Origin: Lama guanicoe
Lineage: Eukaryota
Assembly (NCBI GenBank): GCA_013239625.1
Contig: MU054323.1
Coordinates: forward strand, 4,566,214-4,630,213
Reading direction: 5' to 3'
Length of the DNA: 64,000 bases
Shown: positions 49,129-63,085 of the stretch, piece by piece
Position numbering within the stretch: position 1 is the stretch's first letter
How the letters are laid out: every line of letters starts with the position of its first letter
Translations under genes and position numbers: made by a program
Notes under the pieces: generated by a model
The model's database searches: none
Told to the model about the DNA's origin: nothing
What the model saw: the letters and a program-made list of their open reading frames with translations, nothing else

Positions 49129-52100
49129 AATGGAAAATGTTAAAAATCAGAACAGTATTTACAGAGAAAAGATTATTTGAAAAAATTTGTTTTATTATGT
49201 ATTCCAAATATTTCTATTATTTTAGGAGCAGTTTGTTTTTTAATAGACTCTTTTTTTTAGAGAAGTTTCAATTTTATAGCAATATTGATCAGAAGGGAAG
49301 CTCTTGGGTGGGGGTTGGAGGAGGTCTGGCTTAACAGTCTCCACCAGCATTTCAGCCAGAGCCCTCTGGTTTGTTCATGTTAATATACTGGCTTTTCAAC
49401 AGATGAAAAGTATCTGAGACAAAGCACAGAGAGAAAGCCAGCGTTGTTGCAAAATCGTTGGTTGATTCAGACCTCGTCAATTCAATCATACGATGCATCT
49501 GATGTCTAATTTGTTTTCTAATTGATAAAACTGACCACTTGATTCGAGCCTGTTGAGGAAATGAGTGTATACACAGTGTGTAGATGCAGTCTTTACGGAT
49601 GACCTGAGGGAGCTGAATGAAGGGAAGGTGGAGGTGGCATTTTAAACTTGGAGTGCATTTTGCTGAAGACAGAATGACAGCAAGGGGAGACGAGGGTGCA
49701 GAGGCATGCTCTCTTCAGAGGTGCATGGTAACAGGCTCCCGTGGGAGTTTACACTGAGAACGTACCCAGACTGTTTTTTTGTTTTTTTAATTTTTTTCTC
49801 TGAGTCTTGAATAAGGTTGGCTCAGGGCCTGGAAGCTCTGCAATTTTTCATGTTCTGGCAACCTAAGTAGAGAAGGTATTTTGCAACTTAGCTCAGTCGT
49901 TTCTTAATGTTTGGGGAGAAATATGTCTTCTTGTAGATTGTTTTTCAAGCTGAAAAGAAACATACTTTCTCATTGTACTGAAATGCCTCTTCCATATTCA
50001 TACTCTATTTGCATTTGAGTCCAAAAGCAATACAATGATTTTGTTCCCTGATAATTCTCAAGCTCAAAAATTAGCGAGAGCCACACTCCCGACGGGATTC
50101 CAGTGAAAATTTGATTTGCAATAACTAGGGGGAAACACAATAAAACTTTCAGTGCTAGAAAGACAAGATTTATGCTCTCTATTTACCTGGATTTTATGGC
50201 CTGGGGAATAATTATCTTCGACATTTGTAAACTACCCTTCCTGCAACTGTTCCGCCGGTCCTCCTCATTCAAGAGCTGCCCTCTGAATGTCACTTCTCTC
50301 CCCTGTGATGTGCTATCATACCATGGTGGGAGGCCATGGCCTTTAAATGGAAGGGACCAGTATGATGTGCTTAAAGCAAAACCTGAAAAAACATCCCTCA
50401 AGGGAAGAAACTCGGAGAGATTCTTGCGTGTAAACTCTACAGCCAGTCTGTACGGCTGGGTGGGAGACTGTTTCTTGCAGTGCAGCGTCACCCCAGGGAA
50501 GTCACTGTGTGCCTTTGGGTAATTTCAAGACTTTGGGAAGAGTCCCTTAAAAACCTGGTTCAGGTAAACTTCAGAGTTGCTGGTAAGAGACCAACAGACT
50601 GTGGTTCATAAGAGGGCAGGAATTTCTTAAACTCATAACAACTTCTTGAACACAAAATCAGACATGGTAACTATTTCCAGAAGTTCTATTTTGAGAACAG
50701 CTTCCAAAGTGATGAATACAAATGACAAGCACCATTATCCTAGCTTATTCATGGCATCACACTGTCCCGAGAAACTACAGTTATGGAAATCAAGGGAATA
50801 TTGCTTAATATTACTATTAATAAATTACATGCTAGAGCAGCAGTGGCAGTCGTTCACCAAGTTGATGTAACGGAATATGTAAGTATGCAGATGATTCATA
50901 TTCTGCAGAACCCAATCTTACTTTTAAGTCATTTGCGATAAAAGATGTCCAATTATAATTTTACTTTTCACGCACTTTGACTTATACCAGCTTAACTATC
51001 TGCTAGCCAGTTCCTAATACTTCAAGCATATATATGCACATGTATCTCTGTATTCTTATCTATCTATCTATAAATGTTTCCCTTAAGTTGTTTTAACTGA
51101 ACAACCAGAATAGAATTATCTACTTCTAGAAACTCATGTTTCACTCTACAGCTCCAAAAATGGCAAAACTATTCTGTTTCACCTGTGGTTTCTGTGGATG
51201 GAGGAAGAATCATTTTTCATCTTTCACTCAAATTCTTAAACTTTTTAAAGGAGGGAAAGTCACTTTTTTATTCTTTCAGAAAAAAAGGATTCTTTAAGAA
51301 TGTCTTTTCCACAACTTCTTCAAAATATGAAATGTTTACTTTTTTTCTCTCCTTAAAATTTCTAGTTAGTACCAAATTTACAGCAAAGTTTGACTTGAGG
51401 CTTAATGAATAAACCCAAGCATCTTATATTTGGTTATACCACAATGAGCACAAACATTTGTTAATTAAAAAAATTGAAAGCATGTTTACTGCATTAATAT
51501 CGATCCAGTTCAATTAATTTTAATACCTGAATTCAGAAATTAGAAGCAATTTTAACTTAATTTGAATCAATTGCTTTTTGATTCTTTGAAGGGAGTTTCA
51601 AAATTGATGTTACTGTTTTTAAAATCCTGACTAATTGAGAGAGACCAAGTTGCTCATCAGATTCTAGACTTTGCTGCATTTAGGATTTGGAAAAGCTGAA
51701 GACCATATTTCAGAATCCAATGCAGTGACTGTGCATGTCAAACATTCCTTTCTTTCTCTCTCCAGCATTGAATCAGTAGCATTTATGCAGCTTAAAGTAG
51801 CATCTTTATTCTATAAGAGAAGTAATTGGACAAGTTACAGACGCTAGTTTTCTCTCTCACCTCCTGATGAAATATGCACGTGATGCACTCCCACTCCCAC
51901 TGGAATTCCTATGGTACGTTCAATAAAACATCTGCTTTAATAAGACATCAGATCAATTCCAAGTCTCACCCTGACCCATCTCCCTCCCTCCCATGTGGCT
52001 TTCAAGTTAAAAATAGAGTCTCAGACCATCAAATAGGAGCACACTTTCAAACCCAGGTGACGTGTATGGTCTTGTAATGAGAAGTTAACCTCAGGATAAA

Positions 52101-52319
52101 GCACTTATTTGCAACTGATACTCCCAGGTGAAAAAAAGAATGAATTGATGCATTCATTCCATTACTTGCCACACAATTATAGCCACTTTTTAGGTTCTAG
52201 TTTTGAAGTACCAATAATGTTAAAAGTGCAAGAAAGATTAATAAGGCTTTTTTTTCTTAATAAAGTAATGACTTAGAGTTTGAGATAGAAATGTAACAAG
52301 TAATTAAAATCCAGTAAAA

Positions 52320-54535
52320 CAACTTCCACATCTGGTCCAGATGGAGTCAAAAGAAACCAAATGTATCCTCCACATATTCAAGAGGCAGATAAAGTGTATG
52401 AAACAATCTTCATAAAGCGTTGGACTTTAGGAATGTAAATGATTTAAGAATACCAATTAAAAGGCAGAGATGATCAGTTTGAATAAAGAAGCAAGACCCA
52501 AAAGAGATGCACTTTAAATATAATGACCTAAGTTAAAAATAAAAGAATAGAAAAAGGAATATCATGATAACATCAATCAAAATAAAGCCGTCGTGGCTAT
52601 GTTAATATCACATGAAGCTGACTGCAGAGAAAGGAAAGATTATCAGGGAAACAGATGGTTATTTCATAATGGTAGATGGATCATTTCACTGAGAGGTCAT
52701 AACAATCCCAAATGTTTATGTTCCAAAGACATAGAGCTTCAAAGTACATACGCAAACTTGATAGAACTGAAAGAAGGAATAGATAAGCTAGAATTACATT
52801 ATTTCAATATTCCTTCCTCAACAGTAGCTAAAAACGTAAAAATAAAATCATTATGTATATAAAATACTTCAAAAATGCAATTGTATTAGTCAGGATTCTC
52901 CAGAGAAAATAACAGGTATTTTATATATATATTTGAGATTTATTGTGAGTGACTGGCTCACACAGTTAGGGGGAGTTTTATTATCTGCCATCTTTAAGAT
53001 GGAGGCCCAGGAAAGCCCAGTTTGAGCCCGAAGGCGTGAGAACCAGGGGAACTAATGGTTTAAGTCCTACTCTGAGTCCAAAGCACCAAGAACCAGAAGT
53101 TCTGATGTCCAAGGACAGGAGTAAGTGGATGTCCTGGCTCAAACAAAGAGCACATTAGTCCTTTCTTCACCTTTTTGTTCTATTTAAGACTTCAGTGGAT
53201 TGGACGATGCTCACCTGCATAGGTAAAGGCCGTCTTCTTTACTCAGTCTACTGATTTAAAAGTTTTCCAGAAGCACTGTCACAGATATATCCAGAAATGC
53301 ATAATGTTTTACCAGCTATCTAGACATTCCTTAGCCCTGTCAAGGTGATGCATAAAATTAACCCATGACAACAATCAAGCAATCCGAACGTTATAGAACA
53401 CTCCACCTAACAAAAGCAGAATACTCACTCTTTTCAGGTGCACATAGGACGTTTACCAGGAAAAATACATATTCTGGTTTTAAAATAGATCTAATTAATT
53501 TAAAATATTTAAGTCATACAAAATATGGCCTCTGACCGCAAGGAAACTAAATTAGTATTCAAAAATAGAAAGATCTCTGGAAAAACCTCCAAATATTTGG
53601 AAATTGGATACCATACTTTTATATAAACCATGTCAGAAAAGAAGCAAAAGAGAAATTATAAAACATTTTGACCTGAAAGCAAATGGAAGCACATGTCAAA
53701 ATTTATATAAATAACTAAATATGTAAAGCTTAAGCAATAGTTAGAGGGGAATTTATAATGTTAATGAGTATATTGGAAAACAGAGAAATGTATCAAGCCA
53801 ATGACCTCAGCTTCAACCTTAAGAAACTGAGAGCAAATGAAATGCAGAATAAGTAAGAGAAAGGAGGGAATTCATATTAAAGCAGGTATCAGTATACTAG
53901 AAGACAGAAAAAAATTAGAGAAAGGCATTGAAACAAAATGATTTTTCCTCATCGTCAAAAATAATTTTTAAATTGACAAATCTTTAGCCAGACTAATCAG
54001 AAAAGTAAAAGAAAGAATAGGAAACTGTCAATATTGGAGCTGAGAGAGGTGACATTGGCACTGACTCTACTCATATTAAAATGTCGATAAGATAATATTT
54101 GGAACTACTTCATGCCAGTGAATTCTGCAGCTTAGAAGAGATGGGCACATTCCTTCAATGACTCAAACTAGAAAACCTAATTTAAAAAGACATATAACAG
54201 CTTTATGTAAACCTCCCAGTCATGTGACTTCTAGTAAAAATCTTCCTGCACAGAAAATTCTATACCCAGATAGATTCATCGGTGAATTCTACTGGCCATT
54301 TAAGGAAGAAATACAGCCAATTTTACAAAAGTTTTCAGAAAAATTGAAGAAGGAGATACTTCTCAACTCATGTTTTGCGGCCAGCGTTATCCCAGTAAAA
54401 GGAACAAAGATACTATAAGAAAATAAAACTGCAGACCAATATTCTTCATGACAAAGGTGAAAATATTATAAACAAAGTATTAGCATACTGAATTCAACCA
54501 TATATAAAATGAACAATACATCATGACCAATGGGT
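52320..54535 (+). mobile_element. LINE-1 fragment: 5'-end-like leader plus ORF2 endonuclease-to-RT start, interrupted by MLT2
   Basis: 52432 translates NVNDLRIPIKRQR*SV*IKKQDP (L1 EN start). ORF 54158..54418 has PDRFIGEFY..FKEEI.PILQKF. Ends at 'atacatcatgaccaa' (IHHDQ). Confidence 0.88.
52882..53370 (-). mobile_element. ERVL solo LTR (MLT2-like) nested in L1
   Basis: 'tgtattagtcaggattctccagagaaa' ... 'cataaaattaacccatgaca'. 5-bp TSD gcaat (52877-52881) / acaat (53371-53375). Confidence 0.9.
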
Positions 54536-56529
54536 CATTCAACTCTGACTGAGTAGATAAATATTCTCCTTTTTTAAATATCCTGAAACCATGTCTATAC
54601 AATTGCACTTTTCCTGATATGAGGCTTATATAAACAAACATCATTTTTTTAGGTTATCCACTGAACTTCCCACCACCAGAGAAGACCCTTGAAGTATGAG
54701 ACACCCAAGGCTTTTCTTCATTTCCAAGGCTGTGGGAAACAACTCTCGTGGTCTCTTTCTTTCCCCGCCAGTGTCGGTCTGGCCTTCTTGGAGCCAACCC
54801 AGTTCTTCGGGAATGTGCTTCTTTTGTTGGAAATAGTCTTTCCAGGACCACATCCAAAGATGGATGAGTTCAGCCATTCCTCTGGTGTCAGCATCCCAGG
54901 CTCATCCTCTGTGCTCCTGTCTTAGGAGATGAGTACTACCTTTTTAACCATTCAGCTTTCCAAAAACTGACTCTGAACTTCTTAGCCTAGCACATGTAAC
55001 ATTTATTAAAATTGCTGAGACTTTGAGCCTTGAGGGTTCTTGCAAGTGCTGCAGACTAACGTGCTAGGCTCCCATCTTTTTATACCATGCATTCTCATGG
55101 GCTGTACACTGAGAGATTTTTTCCAGGTTCCCGAGGCTTAAAAAGATAAAACTTTCTCTTATCTGCAGACACTTTGTCTCCAGATTGTCTCAACGCTTCA
55201 CTGTGATCTTTTCCTTCTGGATATGCTTATTTCTGGGCCATCACTTGGACTCCCCAGTACACCTACCCCGAAATGTCATTTGTGGCTCTTCTGATCCTGC
55301 CCCTTCTTCCTTTCTCTCTGCTCCATCACCTGGAATGACCTTATTACAGCCAATGTAAGAGAGCTATTCCTGTAAATCATAGGCACTCAAAAATGCCCTG
55401 GTTCTTCTTTTTTCTCCTTTTGAATCTAATTCTTCAGGGAATAAATTATAGGGGGAAAAAAAAAGCAGGGCATACGTTTGGGATTCCTGTGTTTTTAGGG
55501 GCTCTGATTTCTTGTAGTCCATAAGCAATCATCTTACTGTCATCACTCATTGTATACCAAAAAAAAGGAAATGGGTAGAATTAGTAAACAAACATATCCC
55601 TACACAACTCACACACATTAATCACATATGCAACGCATTGGGCGGCCAAGTACGTAAAGGACGGGTCATAATATCTCATTCAACTGCTGTAGCAAACGCC
55701 TAATCCGATTTGTAGACACCCTGTTGTCTCTGAGCCCATCTAAATGTGGCCATTTTGGAATAACACCTCATAAAATATCCCTAATATTAAATGGAAGGAC
55801 AAAAATCTTTTTTTCGTAACTTTATATCTGCCTCTTGAATTTGTTCTTCAGCTAAGGAATTTAATTGTTATAAGGAGAGCTGGAAGGTTTTGTTTTTTGT
55901 TTTTTGACTCTGCTGCTGTTGAATAACTAGACACTGACAGGGTGACTCATTATCTGAATCCACTAATCTCCACTGAATAGAAAGATCCAGATGGAACTGA
56001 GAGGAAATGGGCTATTTCTTTCCAAGAGTTAGCATAAGGACTACTCCGCGCAGGGTGGCGGATTTTATATTTAGTTTTGGCTGAAGAAGTATGGGTCACA
56101 TTTTATGTTTCTTTTGAGGATTGCTAAAGAAACGAACACTGAAGAGACCATTCTCTTTTTTTTAATTCCTAGGGATGTAAGGACAAGAAAAAAATCTTAA
56201 AACCCTCAAAAAACAATCCATACAAATATTTTCTAATTATTTATAATAATAAATAAAGAGACTAATTTATAGCAAACTCAGATTTAGCACGGGCATGTAC
56301 ACAAGCACGTGTACTTTTTTTTCCTGTAAAATATTGATTGCTTCCCCAGCGGAGTTCTCACAATAAAATTCTCTAAGCTTTCTTTAAGAGAGTCAAATCT
56401 GCCTGATCCAAGATTGGCACTGTTTCCACTTTCCAAGAAGAACAAGGGGTCTGGTAGGACTCGTGTAAACAAAACAAGATTGGGTTTGATACAATTTGGT
56501 TGGAAGTTTGAATGGTTGGTTTTATTCGC

Positions 56530-56700
56530 AATTGCTTGGGCAATCATGTCATCTCTTTGAAACTCAGGTCCCTTATCTGCAAATAAAGAGAACAGGAGCA
56601 GCGGATTCTGTGTCTCGGTGTCGTGAGGATGATACGAGATAACACCTATGCACTGCTAACCCCTGCCTGGCCCTTGGGGTAAATATCCAAAGATGCCTGG
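56530..56700 (+). mobile_element. MIR SINE
   Basis: 'cttgggcaatcatgtcatctctttgaaactcaggtcccttatctgcaaa...gtcgtgaggatgatacgagataac'. Confidence 0.65.
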
Positions 56701-57499
56701 CCTTTTGTTTATTTTTCCATCACTGGTGGAAAAGAGCATGAAGCTGAAAGACAGAGGCTTTGAATGAAGAATATTGAGTCTGTGAGAAGCAAGATCTTTC
56801 AGGATGCAATAAATCAGTTTTCATCTCACGGGAACAGTAGAAGTCATTGAAGGGAGAGAGTTATTATGAAAGGGAATTGAATTGATGGCTCAGTGGAAGG
56901 GGCTGCATAAGACCCCAGGAGAGGAAGGAATCAGAGGCCTGGGTCTTCTGTAGCAAAGGTGATTGAGAGCTGAAGGACCCCATCATGATTGTTCTCTAAG
57001 CCTCATGCATTCTGAAGAAGCCAGAGGCGAATGTCCCACTCCCCGCCCTTCTGTTTTCCCGCATTTGGTCCCCCAGCCCTAAAGCCGCTCTTTGCATAGC
57101 GATCCGGGCATGGCTGGTGGTGGGCAGTGGACAGGTGCTCACAGGGCAGTTCTGACTGGGAGTCTCCTTCATGCTGACTCAGCCCAGTAGCAAGTCCAGC
57201 GACATATGAGTTCAGGCTGATGGAAGAAGTCTGAGTTCTGCAGACGGCGGACGGCAATACCGTGGAGGAAATAGCCATAGTCTGCTTAAATACACATAAA
57301 ATAAACACAGAACCATGTCTTTGTAATTCCAAAGCCATTAAACTATCAGAAACTGTTTACCAACTTCTACCTACAGACAGCTGCCACAGTCCTCTAAACA
57401 CGCCTTGACTGAGCACAGAGCCTGTTCAGAGCACCACCGCAGGTTCTATGAGAGGCAGAGAAAATGCAGACGCCTTGATAGCCACTCAAAATCTCTAAG

Positions 57500-57760
57500 A
57501 GTAGATTTTACCACTTATTTCAGTCTTGATTATGTTTAATGACAAGCAGAATATGAGTATTATATGCATCATAGATGCTCAGTAATATTTGCACCTGAAT
57601 GGAATGGCCTCTTTGTATGATTTAATGCCATGTGGGTGTCTTAGTGTTTTCTCCCCAAATAATTTTTACGTTGCAGAGGCCTAAGGCAAAGCATTATGTT
57701 GATTTTATATTCTTAGTTCTTTAGAATTGAGTGCATATTAGATGCTCAATAAAAACTCTC
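57500..57760 (+). mobile_element. Two tandem LINE-2 3' tail remnants
   Basis: 'catagatgctcagtaatatttg' (~57570) and 'tagatgctcaataaaa' (~57740). Confidence 0.45.
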
Positions 57761-58469
57761 TGTTTGGTGCTGAGGGAAGATACCCCTTGGAGAACCGCAC
57801 TTAGAAATGCCTGTTACTGGTTCTGACTCATCTGGAAGTACAAACAAGGGTAGTATCTTAGCTTCCATGAGAGCCAAGTTCTAAGAATCTTGGACCTTTG
57901 TTTATCACTCATCCATAGTCAAAATTATTCTTGATGTGCTTTGTTCTATTTTATGTGAAAAACATTTTCTTTGAGAATTTTTTTTACAGGAGCCAGGCTC
58001 CCAAAATATCTTACCTATCTCAGGGTGTTCTTTACTTTTCCAGGGGTGACAAAAGTTATGAAAACATCGTGACCAGCTGAATCTCATTTCATGATTGTTT
58101 AATCTAATCAAATGATTCATAAGCACTGACGACGTGTGAGAAAAACTGTCTTGAGAGGATCAAGTTGTGCTTTCATACACGAGTTGAGTGTGAAGGGAAG
58201 AGAAGTAAAGGGAAGGCATTCCACACATCGGGAGCCAAGACTTGGAAGCGGAGATGCTCTTGCATGTTAACAGGGCAGGAAGACCTTCCAGCCGTCACTG
58301 TAGAAGTGACACCAGACTCATTTATAAGCCTCATGGAATTCACAGTCACTTCAGATTTTAACTTGCTCATTCTCCTCTTCTTTCTCTTTGGTCTGGCCTG
58401 GTTCAGTTTTCACCCCACCAGAGAGACTCTGATGAATATAAGAGACGTGTCTTACTTTCACGTCATGGT

Positions 58470-58830
58470 CCATTTACATTTCATTGATCATCTACTATGA
58501 GCCAGGCACTGGGCATACACAGTAAAAGCAAATGCCCACTTTACAGGAGCTCCCAGCATGCTGGGAGAGATGGAAGAAAGGTGTCTTCAGCATAAGGAAG
58601 AAAACATGGTGAAGATCAGTTTGCACCCAGAGAGAACAAAGGATGTTGTGTATATACGTATTCGGGGGAGAAGTGGAGAGAAGCAGTTCTTATACCCACC
58701 AGGGGTTTGATGAAAAGGTTTTGAGAGAAAAGGTAAGTGAAACTACTAGTCAGGCAAAAATAGGAGGGAGTGGTGCTCCAGGCAGGAGAAGCTTGTGTTC
58801 AGGCAATTAGGAAGAAAACTGAGAATGGCG
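58470..58830 (-). mobile_element. LINE-2 fragment
   Basis: 'catttcattgatcatctactatgagccaggcactgggc...caggagctccca' is the antisense L2 3' end. Confidence 0.6.
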
Positions 58831-58839
58831 AGTGGATTT

Positions 58840-60410
58840 ATTTCTTTCTCTTTAACTTGTCAAATTAAATGTTGGGTAGATACATAGGAATTTTTTTTTA
58901 AATATAGGTAAGATATAAAAGATAACAATGCAGTGCACACTTGTGTATTGTAGAAGATGCACTAAAAAAGATGGCCCATTTAAAAGAGGGTCATTACTTG
59001 AGAGGCTGGGGTACAATCCTTCCCGTTCCCTTACTCCTCACCCCATTCAGGGAACACTGTCCTTATTTTTGTGTTTGTCACTCCCTTCATTTTCTTCTTC
59101 TCTTTTAATACTTCTCATTTTTTTAACCATACATGTTTCTGTCTGTAAATAATACATTGTTTAGCTTTCCATACATGTGAAAATTTATATAAATGAGATC
59201 ACACTATATATATATATACATACATATGTGCAAATATATATATTCTGTGCCTTTTTTGTTTCAGTTTATGATTTACCCCTACTGTTGCATTGCATTAATA
59301 TTTTATAATTTATTTTTATCCATTTTAATATGATGCTTATTTACATTATTGTCAATATGATTATTCCAATACATGTTTGTTCTTGGCACCCACACATAAG
59401 AGTTTTTCCTTTGGAGCATGTGTAGGAGTGGAATTTGGATGTGAAGATGCGTGCATGTCCAAGTATACTGGACTGGGTCTTCTAAATTGGTCACATCCAT
59501 TTACGTTCCCACCGGCAGTGTGTGAGAGGATCTGTTGGCAGCAAATTCACACTTTTTGTTTGTCAGAAAATGTGTTTATTATACCTCATTCTTGAAAGAT
59601 ACACTCACTGTGTACACAACTCTACATTGACTGGTACTGCTTATTAGACAATGTATGTTTTATTATATAGTGTTCTGATTTTCATTGTTGCAGTTCAGAA
59701 ATCAGCTGTCATTCCCATATCTGTTCTTCTGTAAGTAATCTGTCTTTTTACTATGGCTGTTTCTGGAGACATCTCCTTGTCTTTGGAATTTGGTAGCCAA
59801 CTATGAAGCCGTTGATTCATAACGGTTAATAGTTCTAGACAAATCTCAGTCAGTATCTCTAAAAACATAGCTTCTATACATCCCTTTACTTATTCTGGAA
59901 TCAAATTAGCTGTATTATAGATACTCTCATCCTGTCTTCAAAATCTGTTTCTCATGTGTCCCATCTCTTGGTGCTACTTTCTAGATGATTTCATCAATTG
60001 CTTCTTTGATCATGTCTTATTTACCTTAAACCCTTCCATTTTATATATTTTTCAAAACTTCTGACACTATACTCTCCATTTTAGGAAGACATACTTGGAT
60101 TTTTTCCAAATATACCTGGCATTTTATATTTTCTTACAATTAAAATTTTCCTGTTAAGTGTATTAACACACTCATTTTATATTCAATGTCTCCTCTTTCC
60201 ACAGTGTACTTGCACATCTGACTCTTATGTTCTGTTGTTTCTGTCTGTCCTCATTCACAGTGTGCCTTCTTTTCTTGTGTGTTTTGTGACTTTTGACTAT
60301 TATGTCATCATCTAAAAACTTCCCTTTTTAGTTCTCTGAGGCTGTAGTTGAAGGAAGGTTCTGAGTCTAGAGGGGTCTGTTTGTTTTTGTGGGTGTCTGT
60401 AGTATTATTA
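58840..60410 (-). mobile_element. Ancient L1ME 3' region joined to L1/HAL1 ORF1-region fragment
   Basis: 'aaatttatataaatgagatcacact', 'tttacgttcccaccggcagtgtgtgagag', then 'ttgtttgtcagaaaatgtgtttatt..cctcattcttgaaagata' and 'ttgttgcagttcagaaatcagctgtca'. Confidence 0.65.
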
Positions 60411-60479
60411 AACTGGGACATTCTATTACCTAGTATGTTGTACTACAGAAGATTGAGGTCTTGAAAGTGGTAAAGTGTA

Positions 60480-61830
60480 TAGCAAGGTGAGTCAGAGAAC
60501 AAGCATGGTAGAAGGGACATGGCATGTTAAAAATCTGGTAAATTTTCCTGTAAGTAAACAAACACCATTGAAGGTCTACATAGGAAGAAATAAGTGGTGC
60601 AGTCATTTTTTTTGTGACTTAGGTAGATTTTCTAGATGACAGGGCAAGATGATGTCTTAAGTCAGTGCAAAGTCTCAGGCAAGATCAACTGGGTGGCTCC
60701 TGACTGCAGCATTTCAGGTAGGAAATGCTGAAATGCACTAGGGCAGCAGAGGTAAAAGAGAAGAAAGAGGGTGGATCTGGGAAACATCAGGAGGTAAAAT
60801 AAACAAGATTTGCTCAGAGCTTGAAGGAGAATGATATAGCGTTGGCATAAATGGAAGGAGTTAGATGACTTCCAAGTTCCCGATTTGAGTAAATGGTTGT
60901 ACGCTCCTGGCCATTCACAGAGTGAGACTAGGAATATGGAGAAAGTTTAGCCCCTCCTCTAGAACTTTCCTTTAGGTTAGTTTTAGCCTTTGAGGGAGCT
61001 CTGGGATACTGAAATGCTGTGACTAACAGGTATAATTTATTTTTTTCCCTACAATTATTTATTGTGTCAATATGTGCCAGACTCTGTGCTTTGCTATCCT
61101 GAGTCTACTGCTCGGGGTGCTGGTCAAGGATATTCATACAGATTTGGAAGTTATCAATACAAACATTATAGGTAAAACCAAGAGTCTCATGAGGTTGACT
61201 AATGGGCATTTCTTGGGGAAGAGAAGAGCGGCACTTACGTGGCAGAATCTTGGGGATGCTGGTGTTTTAGTGGTTGATGGAGGAGGAATCTGCAAGGAGA
61301 AGGCAGTAGGTGTGGATGATGAATGCCCACAGAAAGGGGAGAGCAAAGCACAGAGTTCAAGAAGGCACAGCTAATAATGATGAACAAGTGAAGAAAATGA
61401 GTGCAAGCAACAGAGAGAAATCATGACAAAATTAGATGTATCAGAGAAATCCAATAAATAATACAAAGTATTCTTTGGAGATAGGAAATTCATTGATGAT
61501 TTGAGTTAAGACAGTTTCAATGAAACGATATGGCCAGAAATTATTTAGGGTGGACTGAGAACCTGAGTGGAACAGAGCAGATGGATACAACCCCTAGAAA
61601 TTTAGTTGCAAATGGAAGGAGAAAAGAAACACTAAGTCTTAAAATGATCTGGGGAAGATTTTTTTTTTCCTAAGAATGTTAGAGATGTGAATACTTTTAT
61701 ACACTTGGATTAAAGACAATCTAAATAGGACTAGCTGAAGATAAAGAAAAGATAAGAGAAAAATTATAGATTAATTTTCAAGATTAGAAGACATGCGTAT
61801 GAGAATGCAGGTGGATTGAGTAAGAAAAAG
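60480..61830 (-). mobile_element. LINE-2 body fragments
   Basis: Purine-rich plus strand with L2 motifs 'ccattgaagg', 'ggaggtaaaataaacaagatttgct', 'gatgacttccaagtt', 'gatttggaagttatcaa', 'cagtttcaatgaa'. Confidence 0.55.
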
Positions 61831-61969
61831 GACACTGTCACCATAGATGCAATTAACACTTAAAATGAGGAATTTGATACCTGATCAGTTCTACATAATT
61901 CGCCTGTATTTAAATGAAAATATAGTCTCTTTCCACTCCCATAACCACTACTGAGAAAACAGCTACCAC

Positions 61970-62192
61970 ATTTGACTGTACACAGTAAGCCAAGTGTATT
62001 CATTATCCTATTTGATCCTTGTACTAACTCTGTGTGGTAACAGCTCCTTTTCTTCCTCATCTTCTGCTCCTTCTTTTTCACATGATGAAATAACTGAAGC
62101 ATAGACACTTTAAATAAATTGCCCAATGTCACAGTTAGTAAGAGGAAAACTTTGACCTGAAGCAATTTACTCCAGAGCTAGTTCTCCTAATC
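61970..62192 (-). mobile_element. MIR SINE
   Basis: 'attatcctatttgatcct...tttttcacatgatgaaataactgaagc...aattgcccaatgtcacagttagtaag...actccagagc'. Confidence 0.75.
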
Positions 62193-62704
62193 TGAGAATT
62201 CACATATTTTACCTTTTTTTTTTTCTAAATGTTCAGCCCTAGAGGATATTTATTGTTGTCCTCAAATCATTGCTCGCTTCCTGCCTCAAGTATGACTCAG
62301 AGCAAGACACAATTCCTCATGCCCGAGAGTTTAGGGACTTTCTGAATTTTAGGGAAGAGGTTGCAAATTATGACTGCTGGGAATGGACACACTTGTGCGA
62401 TTTTTCCACTACCCAGGGGTCCAGCTTTCTGAGAGCCAAAGGGAATTTTATGACTCTGGAGAGAATGTGCTGGAAGAGAACAAGAGGAAGATAGGATCTG
62501 GGGACAGACAGAAAAGTAATACAGTTGTGCAGAGAGGGGCACGCAACCAAAATAAAAAATTTCTAGGTGACAAATGCTAGTGAGTTTGTGAAATGGCAGT
62601 TGTTTTCAGAATGAACAATAACTTGTGTGTTTTGCCTCTGACATACAGATCGTATAAATGTTTTAATCACCGAGAAGCTGATGTAGCAATATTAAAAATA
62701 ATGT

Positions 62705-63085
62705 TTAAATAAAAAAATTACCTGTCATTTCACCATCCCAATAAAGCAATTACTTTTATTTGCTGGGCATATTATATATAGTCTATGGGAAAGAAATGTT
62801 TCATTGTCTACTTGAATTAAAATGGTGACATAAACATTTCCATCTGCCAATTTAGTATAGTTTTAATGAGTCTACCATGCTCCATCAAGTAAATGTAAGG
62901 TTAGTATTGGGCATTTTGACTATTAAATTTTTTTTTGACTATCGTAGCTAACTCTGCAATAATCATGTTGATTTATATAACATCCTGCTTCTGTTGAATA
63001 ATTTCTTTCATGTAAATTCTCGTTGAAAATGATGATTAGGTTAGAGGGAATGAATACCTTTATGTTTTTTGTTACAGACCAGGCA
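62705..63085 (-). mobile_element. L1ME4-like 3' fragment
   Basis: 'aaattacctgtcatttcaccatccc', 'tttttttgactatcgtagctaactctgcaataatcatg', 'gattaggttagagggaatgaata'. Confidence 0.5.

Noticed and set aside
28705..54535. L1 piece at 28.7 kb begins roughly where the 52.3-54.5 kb piece ends in the consensus
   Set aside because: The pieces are in the wrong order and 23 kb apart with no rearrangement evidence. Independent insertions are the simpler explanation.
60707..60730. 9-bp-stem hairpin cagcatttc-aggtag-gaaatgctg
   Set aside because: Short, inside L2-derived sequence, and plausible by chance in 64 kb.
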